From contig PGYB01000006.1 of assembly GCA_002839445.1 (NCBI GenBank), forward strand, positions 128,001 to 184,676: 56,676 nucleotides of DNA. The letters run 5' to 3'. Below are positions 49,101 to 56,576 of this stretch, piece by piece (the first letter of the stretch is position 1; every line of letters starts with the position of its first letter). The notes under the pieces are model-generated. The model ran no database searches and had not been told where the DNA came from. It was given only the letters and a program-made list of their open reading frames with translations. A program made the translations under genes and the position numbers. Origin of the DNA: Candidatus Riflebacteria bacterium HGW-Riflebacteria-1 (GTDB lineage Bacteria; Muiribacteriota; Ozemobacteria; Ozemobacterales; Ozemobacteraceae).

Positions 49101-50386
49101 TGTTCGCCGACGGCAACCGCATAGTGCAGGTGCTCAACATGAGCATCCGACTTACCGGAGCCAGTCGCGAGAGCATCGAGGCCCTCTGGCAAAACCGTGT
49201 TCAACACCACGCTGTTACTCCAGTTCCACAGGCAAGCGAGATTCTGCCGGCTATCTACAGCGGTCAGCAGATTCTTGAATACGCGATTGGCAAGCCTTCT
49301 CTCTGTTTCGGCGAAAAATTCGTGCCCTTTGATGAGCAGAGGTTCCTCGCCCGCCTGCCAAATCCGCCATATCTTTTTGTCGACCGCATAACCGCTGTCA
49401 ACGCGGAATTTCTCAAGATCAAGACCGGCGGTACCGTTCAGGGGCAGTTTGATATCAGCCCCGATCACTGGTTCTTCAAGGCCAATCGCCAGACCAGCAT
49501 TCCGTTCTCGATTCTGCTCGAATTCCCGCTGCAGGTCTGCGGCTGGTATTCATGCTATATGGGCTCGGCGTTCGCCAACGAAAAAGAACTGCACTACCGC
49601 AACCTCGACGGTTCGGCGACGCTCTACGAAGATGTCAACATCAACAGCGGCACCCTGACAGCTACGGTCACCACTACCAGAGCCGCTAACTCTGCCGGAA
49701 TGCTGATTCAGTCTTTCGACATGCTGGTCACCCAGGCTGGTCGCAAGATCTACGAAGGCAATACCACCTTCGGTTTCTTCGCTAAGGAAGCTCTCGCCAA
49801 CCAGGTTGGCTTTCGCGGGCTCGAGCTCTATGAGCCTTCAGAAGCCGAGAAGCAGCGCCATGTTGACTTCCCGCTCGAAATCGTGTCACCGCTTAATCCG
49901 CAGGACACTCGCGTTGACGCGATGAATGGTCTCGCCCTTCCCGGCAAATGCTACCTGATGCTCGACCGCATCGAACTGTGCATTCCCGACGGTGGTCCGG
50001 CCGGACTGGGCTTTATCAGAGGCACTAAGCAGGTCGACCCGTCGGAGTGGTTCTTTAAGGCACACTTCTATCAGGACCCGGTCATACCCGGCTCTCTCGG
50101 CCTTGAGTCCTTCATTCAGCTGATGAAAGTCGCGGCGATTAAGCGCTGGGGCACTCAGCTCGCCGGTCGTAACTGCCACTATGAACCGATGGCGCTGAAC
50201 CAGAAGCATACCTGGTCATATCGCGGTCAGGTCATTCCAAAGGATAATCTGGTAACCGTCGATGCCTGCATAACCAGGGTCGATGACGCTGATCATCTGC
50301 TGGTTGCCGAAGGCTTCCTCAAGGTAGATGGACGTATAATCTACAGCATGAAAGAGTTTGCGCTCAGAGTTGTAATTGATGGCTAA
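43130..50386 (+). CDS. pfaC: PfaC/PfaB-fusion-like PUFA synthase subunit: KS - CLF - AT - 2x FabA-like DH
   Basis: KS Cys LDAACASSLYAIKLACEEL. The second KS-like domain lacks the Cys (SSGENSGLSALEAG), so it is a chain-length factor. AT motif IMGYSLGETAGNFATR. Two FabA-type motifs (LTQHFCDDQVMPGTLMYESCMQ; FFKAHFYQDPVIPGSLGLESFIQ), each preceded by a pseudo-hotdog half. No enoyl-reductase domain. Confidence 0.95.
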   Translation: MTANALPRKPFAIAITGVGGMFPGADSLDDFWQMIAEGRSAAAEVPAGRWPEAAVKYHDPRPGTPDRVLSPRNCALKSIPKNYAHLQISPELVEKLDPLLAISLQVGRDAFLDAVTTGLDLNRVQVILANIVLPTDTASVITREMHISALREQLGKGLVSSKSSEVHPLNRLAAELPATLLASALGLGGGGYTLDAACASSLYAIKLACEELTARRADAVLTGGVSRPSSQFTQMGFSQLHALSKTGICRPFDQGADGLVVGEGAGMFLLKRLADAEAAGDKIYAVIRGIGLANDVGGSLLAPDTEGQMRAMTQAYQQAGWQPRDVQLIECHGTGTPKGDAIEFSSLHQLWQNEKSSAAKCVIGSVKSNVGHLLTGAGAAGLMKLLMALKNRQLPPTANFNQADPAIAIEQSHFEILKQPRAWEPAPEQPRRCALSAFGFGGIDGHVLLEEYCNNSKKPAAKAKQAEAAPEPLPEIAIVAIETRAGTLPDLNAFQKAVINCEPAIRDIPDNRHPITSNAAWLKKGAYLDEIAIRPGEFKISPKEIPEILPQQLLMLQTADHALRSIKRTPEETRNWGVYMGINLDFASTSFASRWAIEKDARAAGFEGIAMADLADAITPPLNNPRTVGALGGIVASRIAREYNIGGPSHTFSSGENSGLSALEAGTRALQRYEISAALVGAVDLAGDLRNLNCIDALRPFSRKNGSVAFDQSADGAFPGEGAVALVIKRKEDALRDGNRIIALVKGIGRSTQTSPGDRDSAIEAYGRAMHTAWNESGLNIAGMGLLEVHGSGNPDEDRIEAAALAKTLPGKDQSAQNRFKSNDQLCALSASKMVVGHTGAAAGLFSLAKAAVCLYQQVLPRYPGMQNPIPDMQNREDFFFTPAEPQFWLRNRIQGERTAGISSFTIDGNFYHVVLQALENEDQLPVEVQIDNERARCFPGGAPEESLFIVGGINACDTRERLAALRNMADRPIRQLAAEYWQQYAPGDYANCFAAVVADSETTLRRRVDIALNHLYNNENSPMPAGPEIQDRIFYNPNPSAANGKITFAFPGSGNHFLGMGTALGLTWPEHLRRLDAEHELLAAQFAPRLTAPWRLSYAPGWQDDAMHQLIADHNSLVFSHVSCCALVSDVVRSFGIEPEIIMGYSLGETAGNFATRTWRERDEMVRRMRSSNLFTTELIGRYNSPRRQWGIAENEVVEWYLGVIYSPAAKVEKLLPDFPQTYILIENTAEECVIGGNRVQVEKLAKAVGKAFFPLEGVSSVHCEAALPSAEDYRALHLYDCHPPTGMTFISSGKGTVFTPQREVSADSIKAQCIGRINFIKCVETAYAEGARLFLEIGPRASMSRMISNILGQRPHFARSALLHGQNQVSSMLRFIGNVAAEGVKVDLSPLYRQAEAPAAAVASKIAPVIIKVAHQIDIGKLQRRETVAATPVVAAQSTAKTVIQAAAPTPVERAMTVDGTTDSAARFVTSESSAMKSQSAQPSPTTRPAHIQQPTTLPAATSPQQYQAPVSVPARLSDLPQHPANLAAGSNSLLDGWVAAQHETARAHEVFLRLSSQIGEAHATLLNQQLQLMQGMPAQNMLAELPDESCAQLPAPSQLPVSLTPDYTQRMPRPYTGPLFIDWHGSMEFAVGKIGKVLGEYFAPIDANPTRVRLPDIPLNFVDRIVLVEGEKGSLGKGRCVTQHDVYPDSWYLDNYCMPTGLSVEAGQADLFLSAWLGIDFKTHGVAKYRLLDAIVTIHGPLPRPGDTVNYDIRVDRFIRQANTYLFFFEFDGSIDGRQLITMRAGCAGFFTDRQLADGKGIVLTDDDTRPDPRPNLPGRQNLPTMRVESFNDSALAALRAGNLAAAFGSEFAGLPVTPQTIPSRKMAMIDRITEIDPTGGRFGLGRIKAEIDIPIDAWFLTQHFCDDQVMPGTLMYESCMQSLRVFLLRMGWVADASTSAFEPVLEVQSQLRCRGQVTPGVKKALYDISIKELGYNPEPYAIADALMFADGNRIVQVLNMSIRLTGASRESIEALWQNRVQHHAVTPVPQASEILPAIYSGQQILEYAIGKPSLCFGEKFVPFDEQRFLARLPNPPYLFVDRITAVNAEFLKIKTGGTVQGQFDISPDHWFFKANRQTSIPFSILLEFPLQVCGWYSCYMGSAFANEKELHYRNLDGSATLYEDVNINSGTLTATVTTTRAANSAGMLIQSFDMLVTQAGRKIYEGNTTFGFFAKEALANQVGFRGLELYEPSEAEKQRHVDFPLEIVSPLNPQDTRVDAMNGLALPGKCYLMLDRIELCIPDGGPAGLGFIRGTKQVDPSEWFFKAHFYQDPVIPGSLGLESFIQLMKVAAIKRWGTQLAGRNCHYEPMALNQKHTWSYRGQVIPKDNLVTVDACITRVDDADHLLVAEGFLKVDGRIIYSMKEFALRVVIDG

Positions 50387-50419
50387 GTTTGCTATCCTGC
50401 CCAAACCACAACGAATATT

Positions 50420-51460
50420 ATGAAATTTACCCGCGTATTTCTTGAAGCCATCGGCTACGAACTGCCTCAGCATGTTGTTACTTCGTCCTGGATCGAAGAA
50501 CAGCTTGCTCCGCTGTACCGCAAATTGCATCTACAGCCTGGCCAGCTCGAAGCGCTTACCGGAATACGCGAGCGCCGCTGGTGGGGGCACAACCATGTTA
50601 ACGCGGTCGAAGCCGCCAAGGCAGCCAAGAAGGCCCTGGCCGAAACTGATATACCGGTCGAAGATATCGGCGCTGTCGTCTATGGCGGCGTCTGTCGCGA
50701 CAACTACGAACCTGCTACCGCCTGCCACGTTGCCGCTGAGCTGAAAGTGCGTGCCGAGACCGCGATCTGCGATGTCTCGAACGCCTGTCTTGGCGCCATG
50801 AGTGGCATTATCGATATTGCTAACCGCATCGAACTTGGGCAGATCAAGGCTGGTATCGTTGTTGCCTGCGAAACTGCCCGCGATATTACGCAAATCATGA
50901 TTCAGCGCATGCTCGAAGAAGGTTCAATGGAATTTTTTAAACAGGCGCTCGCCACCATGACCGGCGGCTCTGGCGCCTGCGGCATTGTGCTCAGCGATGG
51001 TTCATACGGCGAAAGAGGCCCACGGCTTGCTGGCGGTGTAATTCTCGGCGCACCCGAACATCATCGCATGTGCCGCTGGGGAGCTGATCAGCGTATTCCG
51101 GCCCGCGCCCCGCAGATGATGGAAACCAACGCCATTGGTATGCTGCGCCACGGCGGAGACCTTATTCGCCGTGTTGGTGAAGCTTTCTGGCGCGAACTGA
51201 ACTGGACCAGCGACCAGCTTGACAAGATAATTTCGCATCAGGTGGCCAGCGCTAACCGCGACGCCATACTCAATAACCTCGGCCTGACGCTCGAAAAAGA
51301 TTTTTCGACCTTTCAGTTTCTTGGCAACATGGGAACCGTTTCTCTGCCGGTTACCGCAGCGATCGCCATGGAACGCGGCATCCTCGAAAAGAACCAGAAA
51401 GTCGGATTTGTCGGCATCGGAAGCGGTCTTAACAGCATGATGCTCGGATGGGAATGGTAA
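50420..51460 (+). CDS. oleA: OleA (FabH-like thiolase catalysing head-to-head Claisen condensation)
   Basis: KAS-III/thiolase fold with catalytic Cys in ICDVSNACLGAMSGIIDIAN. Sits 34 nt downstream of pfaC and is followed by oleBCD. Confidence 0.85.
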   Translation: MKFTRVFLEAIGYELPQHVVTSSWIEEQLAPLYRKLHLQPGQLEALTGIRERRWWGHNHVNAVEAAKAAKKALAETDIPVEDIGAVVYGGVCRDNYEPATACHVAAELKVRAETAICDVSNACLGAMSGIIDIANRIELGQIKAGIVVACETARDITQIMIQRMLEEGSMEFFKQALATMTGGSGACGIVLSDGSYGERGPRLAGGVILGAPEHHRMCRWGADQRIPARAPQMMETNAIGMLRHGGDLIRRVGEAFWRELNWTSDQLDKIISHQVASANRDAILNNLGLTLEKDFSTFQFLGNMGTVSLPVTAAIAMERGILEKNQKVGFVGIGSGLNSMMLGWEW

Positions 51461-51461
51461 T

Positions 51462-52355
51462 ATGACATTTAACCACGCAGAATATCAGGATATCTATCCT
51501 TTCACCCCGCACCATTTTACGCACCAATCAGGCTTGAAACAGCATTATGTCGACGAGGGCAACGGCGAACCCATCGTCATGGTACATGGCAACCCGAGCT
51601 GGTCTTTTTTGTACCGCGACATGATCAGAACTTTTATGAACGGCTATCGCTGCGTTGCGCCCGACCATATTGGCTGCGGCCTTTCTGACAAGCCCGGGCT
51701 CGACAATTTCGGCTACACTCTGCGCGAGCATATCGACAACCTTGAAACGCTCATCGAAAGCCTTCAACTGACGCAGCCGATCAACCTCGTCGTGCACGAC
51801 TGGGGCGGAGCCATTGGCATGGGTTATGCCACCCGTCACCCCGAAAAAATCAAGCGCATGGTCATTCTTAATACCGGCGCGTTCAGGCTGCCACAGGATT
51901 GCCCTTTCCCATGGCCTGTCTGGCTGTTCAGAAACACCGATCTCGGTGCCTGCCTTAACCAGACTTTCAACGCCTTCTCTTTTATCGCCAGTCACACCTG
52001 CTCGCTTAAAGGCATGAGCCGCAAGGTGCGTCACGGTTTCCGGGCGCCCTACGACAGCCCTGCCAACCGCGTCGCCACCACCCGCTTCGTGCAGGATATC
52101 CCACTGGTCGCTGATGATCCTTCTTACACTGAGCTTGTGCGCGTTGAAGAAAACCTCAGCAAACTCGCTGACAAACCAGCACTGATCTGCTTTGGCCGCC
52201 TCGATTTTGTGTTTACACGACATTTTTACAATGAATGGAAGCGGCATTTCCCGAAAGCAATCGCGCGCAATTTCCATGCCGGCCACTACCTGCTCGAAGA
52301 CGTTGGCTCAGAAGTATTCGCCCTGATGCGCGAACTGTTAGAATCACGATCCTGA
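51462..52355 (+). CDS. oleB: OleB (alpha/beta-hydrolase, haloalkane-dehalogenase-like beta-lactone decarboxylase)
   Basis: Asp nucleophile in NLVVHDWGGAIGMGYA. HGNPSWSFLYR oxyanion region. C-terminal His (FHAGHYLLED). 1-nt gap after oleA. Confidence 0.85.
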   Translation: MTFNHAEYQDIYPFTPHHFTHQSGLKQHYVDEGNGEPIVMVHGNPSWSFLYRDMIRTFMNGYRCVAPDHIGCGLSDKPGLDNFGYTLREHIDNLETLIESLQLTQPINLVVHDWGGAIGMGYATRHPEKIKRMVILNTGAFRLPQDCPFPWPVWLFRNTDLGACLNQTFNAFSFIASHTCSLKGMSRKVRHGFRAPYDSPANRVATTRFVQDIPLVADDPSYTELVRVEENLSKLADKPALICFGRLDFVFTRHFYNEWKRHFPKAIARNFHAGHYLLEDVGSEVFALMRELLESRS

Positions 52356-52372
52356 ACCCGGGAGCACATACC

Positions 52373-54043
52373 ATGCCTGAACCACAAAACCAGGGCTTCA
52401 ACATGGCGGCTTTTATCCGCCAGAAAGCCGCGCTAACTCCGCACAAACGAGCCATTGTGGTTCCCTCCTGTCGCAACAGTTACGGCCGTGTCGCCTACAC
52501 TCAACTGACTTTTCGGCAGCTCGAAGAAGAAACCAACCGCTTTGCCCGCGGCTTCAACCGCGCCGGAATCGGCCGTGGCAGCAAAACCGTGCTGATGATC
52601 ACACCCGGCATTGAATTTTTTATTGCCTTTTTCGCACTGTGCAAGGTCGGCGCAACTCTGGTTATGATCGACCCGGGCATCGGCATGGCCAGCCTCAAGA
52701 CATGTATCGGGGAAGCGAAACCCGAGGCCTTTGTCGGCATTACCAAGGCCCACGTCGCGCGCGTTCTTATGCGCTGGGCGCCTGACAGCATCAAAATTCG
52801 CGTAACTCTTGGCCCTCGCCTGTTCTGGGGCGGCCACAAATTTTATGACCTGCGTGACAATGACGCGTCGCCTTATGAAATCGCGATGATGCCGCGCGAT
52901 GAGATGGCGGCGTTGATGTTCACTTCGGGCAGCACTGGCATTTCGAAAGGTGCTGTCTACACGCAGGGCATTCTCTGCAGCCAGGTTCAGTATATACAGG
53001 AAATCTACGGCTTTACCCCCGACGATGTTGATCTCGCGACTTTTCCGCTTTTCGCCCTGTTCGATGTCTGTCTCGGCATGACCGCGGTAATTCCTGACAT
53101 GGACGCAACCAAGCCGGCCAAAGCCGACCCGCGCAAGCTCACCGAAGCGATTAACGACAACGGTGCCACCTCGATGTTCGGCTCGCCGGCACTCATTGAC
53201 ACTCTCAGTCGCTGGGGCGTTGAGAATTCGGTCACACTGCCGTCGCTGCGCAAGGTTCTTTCCTGTGGTGCGCCGGCGCGCAATGATATTCTGCAGCGCT
53301 TTCACCGCATGCTCCCCCAAGACTGCGAGATTTTTACTCCTTACGGCGCTACTGAAGCGCTGCCGGTCAGCTCGATCGGCAGTCGCATGATTCTCGGCGA
53401 AACCGCGCCGATCACTGACGCCGGCGGCGGCACCTGCGTTGGCTTGCCTATTCCGAGCGTCAAAGTTAGAATAATCAAGATCAGCGACGAGCCGATCACG
53501 CAATGGAACGATGATCTTGTCGTCACTGCCGGCGAAATTGGCGAGATTACGGTCACCGGGCCGATCGTCACCCGTGAATACTATAGCCGCCCCGAAAGCA
53601 CCATGCAGGCCAAGATTGTCGACGGCAACAGCATCTGGCACCGCATGGGCGATCTCGGTCGCATTGATGAGCAGGGGCGCGTCTGGTTCTGCGGCCGCAA
53701 GTCACATCGCGTCGTTGGCGAAAACCAGACCTGGTTCTCGATTCCCTGTGAGCGCGTCTATAATCAGCATTCGCATGTATTCAGAACCGCCCTGGCCGGA
53801 ATCGGCGAAAAGGGAAAACAGGTTCCGGTAATCTGCGTCGAGCTTGAGAAGGGCGTCGCCGAAGTCAATACCGAAAAGCTTATTGCCGAGCTCATCGAGA
53901 TCGGCAGCAGACATCAGCATACTGCGGCCATAAAGCATTTTCTAATTCATCCGGGGTTCCCCGTCGATATTCGCCACAACGCCAAGATCAGCCGCGAAAA
54001 ACTATCTGAATGGGCCACCGAAAAGCTCAAGGGGCGCATTTAA
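52373..54043 (+). CDS. oleC: OleC (AMP-dependent synthetase family; beta-lactone synthetase)
   Basis: AMP-binding motif MFTSGSTGISKGAVYT, with later YGATEA and GEI motifs. The likely start ATG at 52373 is 17 nt after the oleB stop. The ORF-track start at 52235 would overlap oleB by 120 nt. Confidence 0.85.
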   Translation: MPEPQNQGFNMAAFIRQKAALTPHKRAIVVPSCRNSYGRVAYTQLTFRQLEEETNRFARGFNRAGIGRGSKTVLMITPGIEFFIAFFALCKVGATLVMIDPGIGMASLKTCIGEAKPEAFVGITKAHVARVLMRWAPDSIKIRVTLGPRLFWGGHKFYDLRDNDASPYEIAMMPRDEMAALMFTSGSTGISKGAVYTQGILCSQVQYIQEIYGFTPDDVDLATFPLFALFDVCLGMTAVIPDMDATKPAKADPRKLTEAINDNGATSMFGSPALIDTLSRWGVENSVTLPSLRKVLSCGAPARNDILQRFHRMLPQDCEIFTPYGATEALPVSSIGSRMILGETAPITDAGGGTCVGLPIPSVKVRIIKISDEPITQWNDDLVVTAGEIGEITVTGPIVTREYYSRPESTMQAKIVDGNSIWHRMGDLGRIDEQGRVWFCGRKSHRVVGENQTWFSIPCERVYNQHSHVFRTALAGIGEKGKQVPVICVELEKGVAEVNTEKLIAELIEIGSRHQHTAAIKHFLIHPGFPVDIRHNAKISREKLSEWATEKLKGRI

Positions 54044-54056
54044 CAGGAGAGAATCG

Positions 54057-55079
54057 ATGACTGACCAGAAACATGAACTCAAGGCTGGCCAGATAGCCTT
54101 GGTAACCGGCGGCAGCGGTTTTCTTGGCCGCGCCATAGTAAAACAGTTGCTCGCGAAGGGCTTAAAGGTTCGCGTTCTTTGTCGCAAGGACTACCCCGAC
54201 CTCATCGAGGCCGGCTGTCAGATTTGCAGGGGCGAGATTTCTGACGCTGATCTTGTCGACAAGGCCGTGCAGGGCTGCGAGATGGTATTTCATACCGCCG
54301 CCAAGGCCGGAGTTGAAGAGCCGTATTCAGAATATGAGCGCATTAATTATCAAGGAACTCTCAATGTTCTGAAGAGCTGCCAGAAGCACGGCGTCAGTCG
54401 TCTGATCTACACGAGTTCACCCAGTGTAGTTTTCGCGCATGGCGATGTCGAGGGTCTCAATGAGAGCATGCCCTACCCCGACCATTACGATGCTTATTAT
54501 CCAAAAACCAAGAGCATGGCCGAGAAAGAAGTGCTTAAAAGCAATTCTGACAAGCTTGTAACCGTTGCGCTGCGCCCGCACCTGATCTGGGGTCCCGGCG
54601 ACACCAATCTCGGTCCGCGCCTGGTCTCTCGCGCCCGCGCTGGTCGTCTCAAGTTTGTTGGCGATGGCAAAAACAAGGTTGACACGGTGTACATCGACAA
54701 CGCCGCCGACGCGCACATTCTTGCTGCTGAGCGTCTCTATGCTGGCTCTCCAGTTGCCGGCAAAGCCTACTTCATCACCAACGCTGACCCCCGGCCGATT
54801 TCTGAGATCACCAACCTGATCATCGGCGCCGCCGGTTGCGCACCGGTCACCGCGACAATTTCTCCCAAAATTGCCTGGTTCATCGGCCTTTGTTGCGAGA
54901 CAATCTACAGGACTTTCAAGGTCAAGGGCGAACCGCCGATAACCCGCTGGGTCGCCGGCGAACTTTCGACTGCGCACTGGTTTGACATTTCCGCCGCCCG
55001 CCGCGACCTCGGCTACGAACCGCGTGTCAGCATCGAAGAAGGCATAACGCGCCTGCGCGATTACTACCAGAAGCAGTAA
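54057..55079 (+). CDS. oleD: OleD (NAD(P)H-dependent reductase of the 3-beta-HSD / extended SDR family)
   Basis: VTGGSGFLGRAIV Rossmann motif and YPKTK catalytic Y-x3-K. Completes the oleABCD order. Confidence 0.85.
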   Translation: MTDQKHELKAGQIALVTGGSGFLGRAIVKQLLAKGLKVRVLCRKDYPDLIEAGCQICRGEISDADLVDKAVQGCEMVFHTAAKAGVEEPYSEYERINYQGTLNVLKSCQKHGVSRLIYTSSPSVVFAHGDVEGLNESMPYPDHYDAYYPKTKSMAEKEVLKSNSDKLVTVALRPHLIWGPGDTNLGPRLVSRARAGRLKFVGDGKNKVDTVYIDNAADAHILAAERLYAGSPVAGKAYFITNADPRPISEITNLIIGAAGCAPVTATISPKIAWFIGLCCETIYRTFKVKGEPPITRWVAGELSTAHWFDISAARRDLGYEPRVSIEEGITRLRDYYQKQ

Positions 55080-55152
55080 CGGCCTTCTGCCTGGTTGAAA
55101 TTCCATCGGTTATTGAGGATTCCCAGTTCTAACCAGGAACAAGGACTTAATA

Positions 55153-55659
55153 ATGAGATTAATTCAAGCATTTAGAGCAATCTTCGCCTTAGCCGCTTTA
55201 TCATTTCTTCTTTTTTCATATAATCGTGGAGATCTACATCCAGCTGACAAGACTCTTCTGGCTAATTTTACAAGAAATGAGCAGGTTTTCGAGAAGCTCG
55301 TAGAAATGATTCGAACGGATAAAAGGCTGCTACGAATTGATCAAATCTGGACAATTCCAACAAATCCGCAATCCGTTGGCATAACAGAAGCAAGAATTCT
55401 TGAATACCGAACCCTATTAATCAGACTTGGCCTGTCATTGGCCTTATATGAGTTTCACAGACCAGTGACAATCATCTTAGTGGCAGCATCAAAAGATTGG
55501 GTGCGTTCTCCGCCAAGACAGGGCTATGCATATCTGGAGATGAAACCGAATCACGTCGTCGGAACCCTGAAAAATTACTGGCCGAAAGCAGGGAAACCCG
55601 TTACTGTATATCAGCACATTAAGGGCAACTGGTATATTTTTTTCGACTTTAAGGATTGA
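55153..55659 (+). CDS. Hypothetical protein with N-terminal hydrophobic segment, in AT-rich DNA
   Basis: 168-aa ORF with an AGGAACAAGGA-like RBS. N-terminal FRAIFALAALSFLLF. The composition differs from the upstream operon. Confidence 0.4.
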   Translation: MRLIQAFRAIFALAALSFLLFSYNRGDLHPADKTLLANFTRNEQVFEKLVEMIRTDKRLLRIDQIWTIPTNPQSVGITEARILEYRTLLIRLGLSLALYEFHRPVTIILVAASKDWVRSPPRQGYAYLEMKPNHVVGTLKNYWPKAGKPVTVYQHIKGNWYIFFDFKD

Positions 55660-56195
55660 AGCTTACGGGCACTTCTGATAGCAATTGGCAAAATCGACTT
55701 GATCTGATCTGGTCTATGGGTGTCATCTACAACCTCATGTTTGGAAGAGGTCAGAACCAGTGGTGGAAGCTTCGCCAAAATGACTGCTTTGTAGAGGTTT
55801 CAAAAGCATTCTGGTGCATCTGTGGCGACATTTATTCTGTTCTAACCTGTCATTCCTCATTATTTTGGCGAACTGGAAAAAGAATTCCCGGCCTTGTTGA
55901 TCGGAAGAGTTTCTGCGTAATCAACACTAAAAAGCTTGAGCTAGCTTGAAAGCCAGCACGAATATCAGTGTACAGTCTTTCGTGCACCGACTTTTTTTGG
56001 CAAGAAACCCCTGGAAGTCTCCCAACATATTTTTTCCTCACACTTATACCGACTCGGCATAATTACATCTGTAACATTATTATGCCGAAAACCCATCACA
56101 TTTGTCGAAAACCCCGCCCGTTTTTAGTTTGACACCGCCCCGAATTATCCCTAAACTAGAAAAAAAGCCGAATCGGCATAAAAATAACTGTTTGG

Positions 56196-56290
56196 CAAAT
56201 GAAGAATTAAGAATTGAAGAATTAAATACAACCGGACAACAATACAGAACAAAAATACCAAAGAAATCCGTAATGGTAGAACCAGCGTGA
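56196..56290 (+). repeat. ~100-bp direct repeat, copy 1 (copy 2 at 56577..56676, window edge)
   Basis: gcaaatgaagaattaagaattgaaga...ggacaacaatacag(a/g)acaaaaa..aatccgtaa(t/c)ggta(g/t)aaccagc(g/a)tgacgcggg occurs twice, ~380 bp apart. A partial third match (aagaattgatgaatgaagag) lies at ~56456. Confidence 0.55.
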
Positions 56291-56576
56291 CGCGGGCAAA
56301 AGATTGTTCCTGGACGCATGATTGTTTTCGTTGTAAAGTTTGTTTGGCTTGTTTGATGTGACGGAGATGCTTTGATTTTTGGCACACGATCGCAAGCGAA
56401 GAATTTGATGTGTTTGGTCGCAGAGGTTGGCTTGCAATGAGAGTTTAGCGGAGTTTAAGAATTGATGAATGAAGAGCCAGAACAATCGCGTCGACACGGA
56501 AAAACCGGCCGGAGCACGGGTCTTGCTTGCGCAACACCCGCGCCCGTCTCGTTTTTCCGGTCACGACAGGCGTTAT

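Noticed and set aside
52235-52372. ORF-track start of the oleC ORF at 52235, overlapping oleB by 120 nt
   Set aside because: The N-terminal 46 residues (MEAAFPESNRAQFPCRPLPARRRW...) are Arg/Pro-rich out-of-context sequence. The ATG at 52373 directly follows the oleB stop and begins the conserved AMP-ligase N-terminus.
55656-55949. 97-aa ORF downstream of the hypothetical gene 55153..55659
   Set aside because: No RBS. Cys/Trp-rich odd composition. It lies in AT-rich DNA where random ORFs are frequent.
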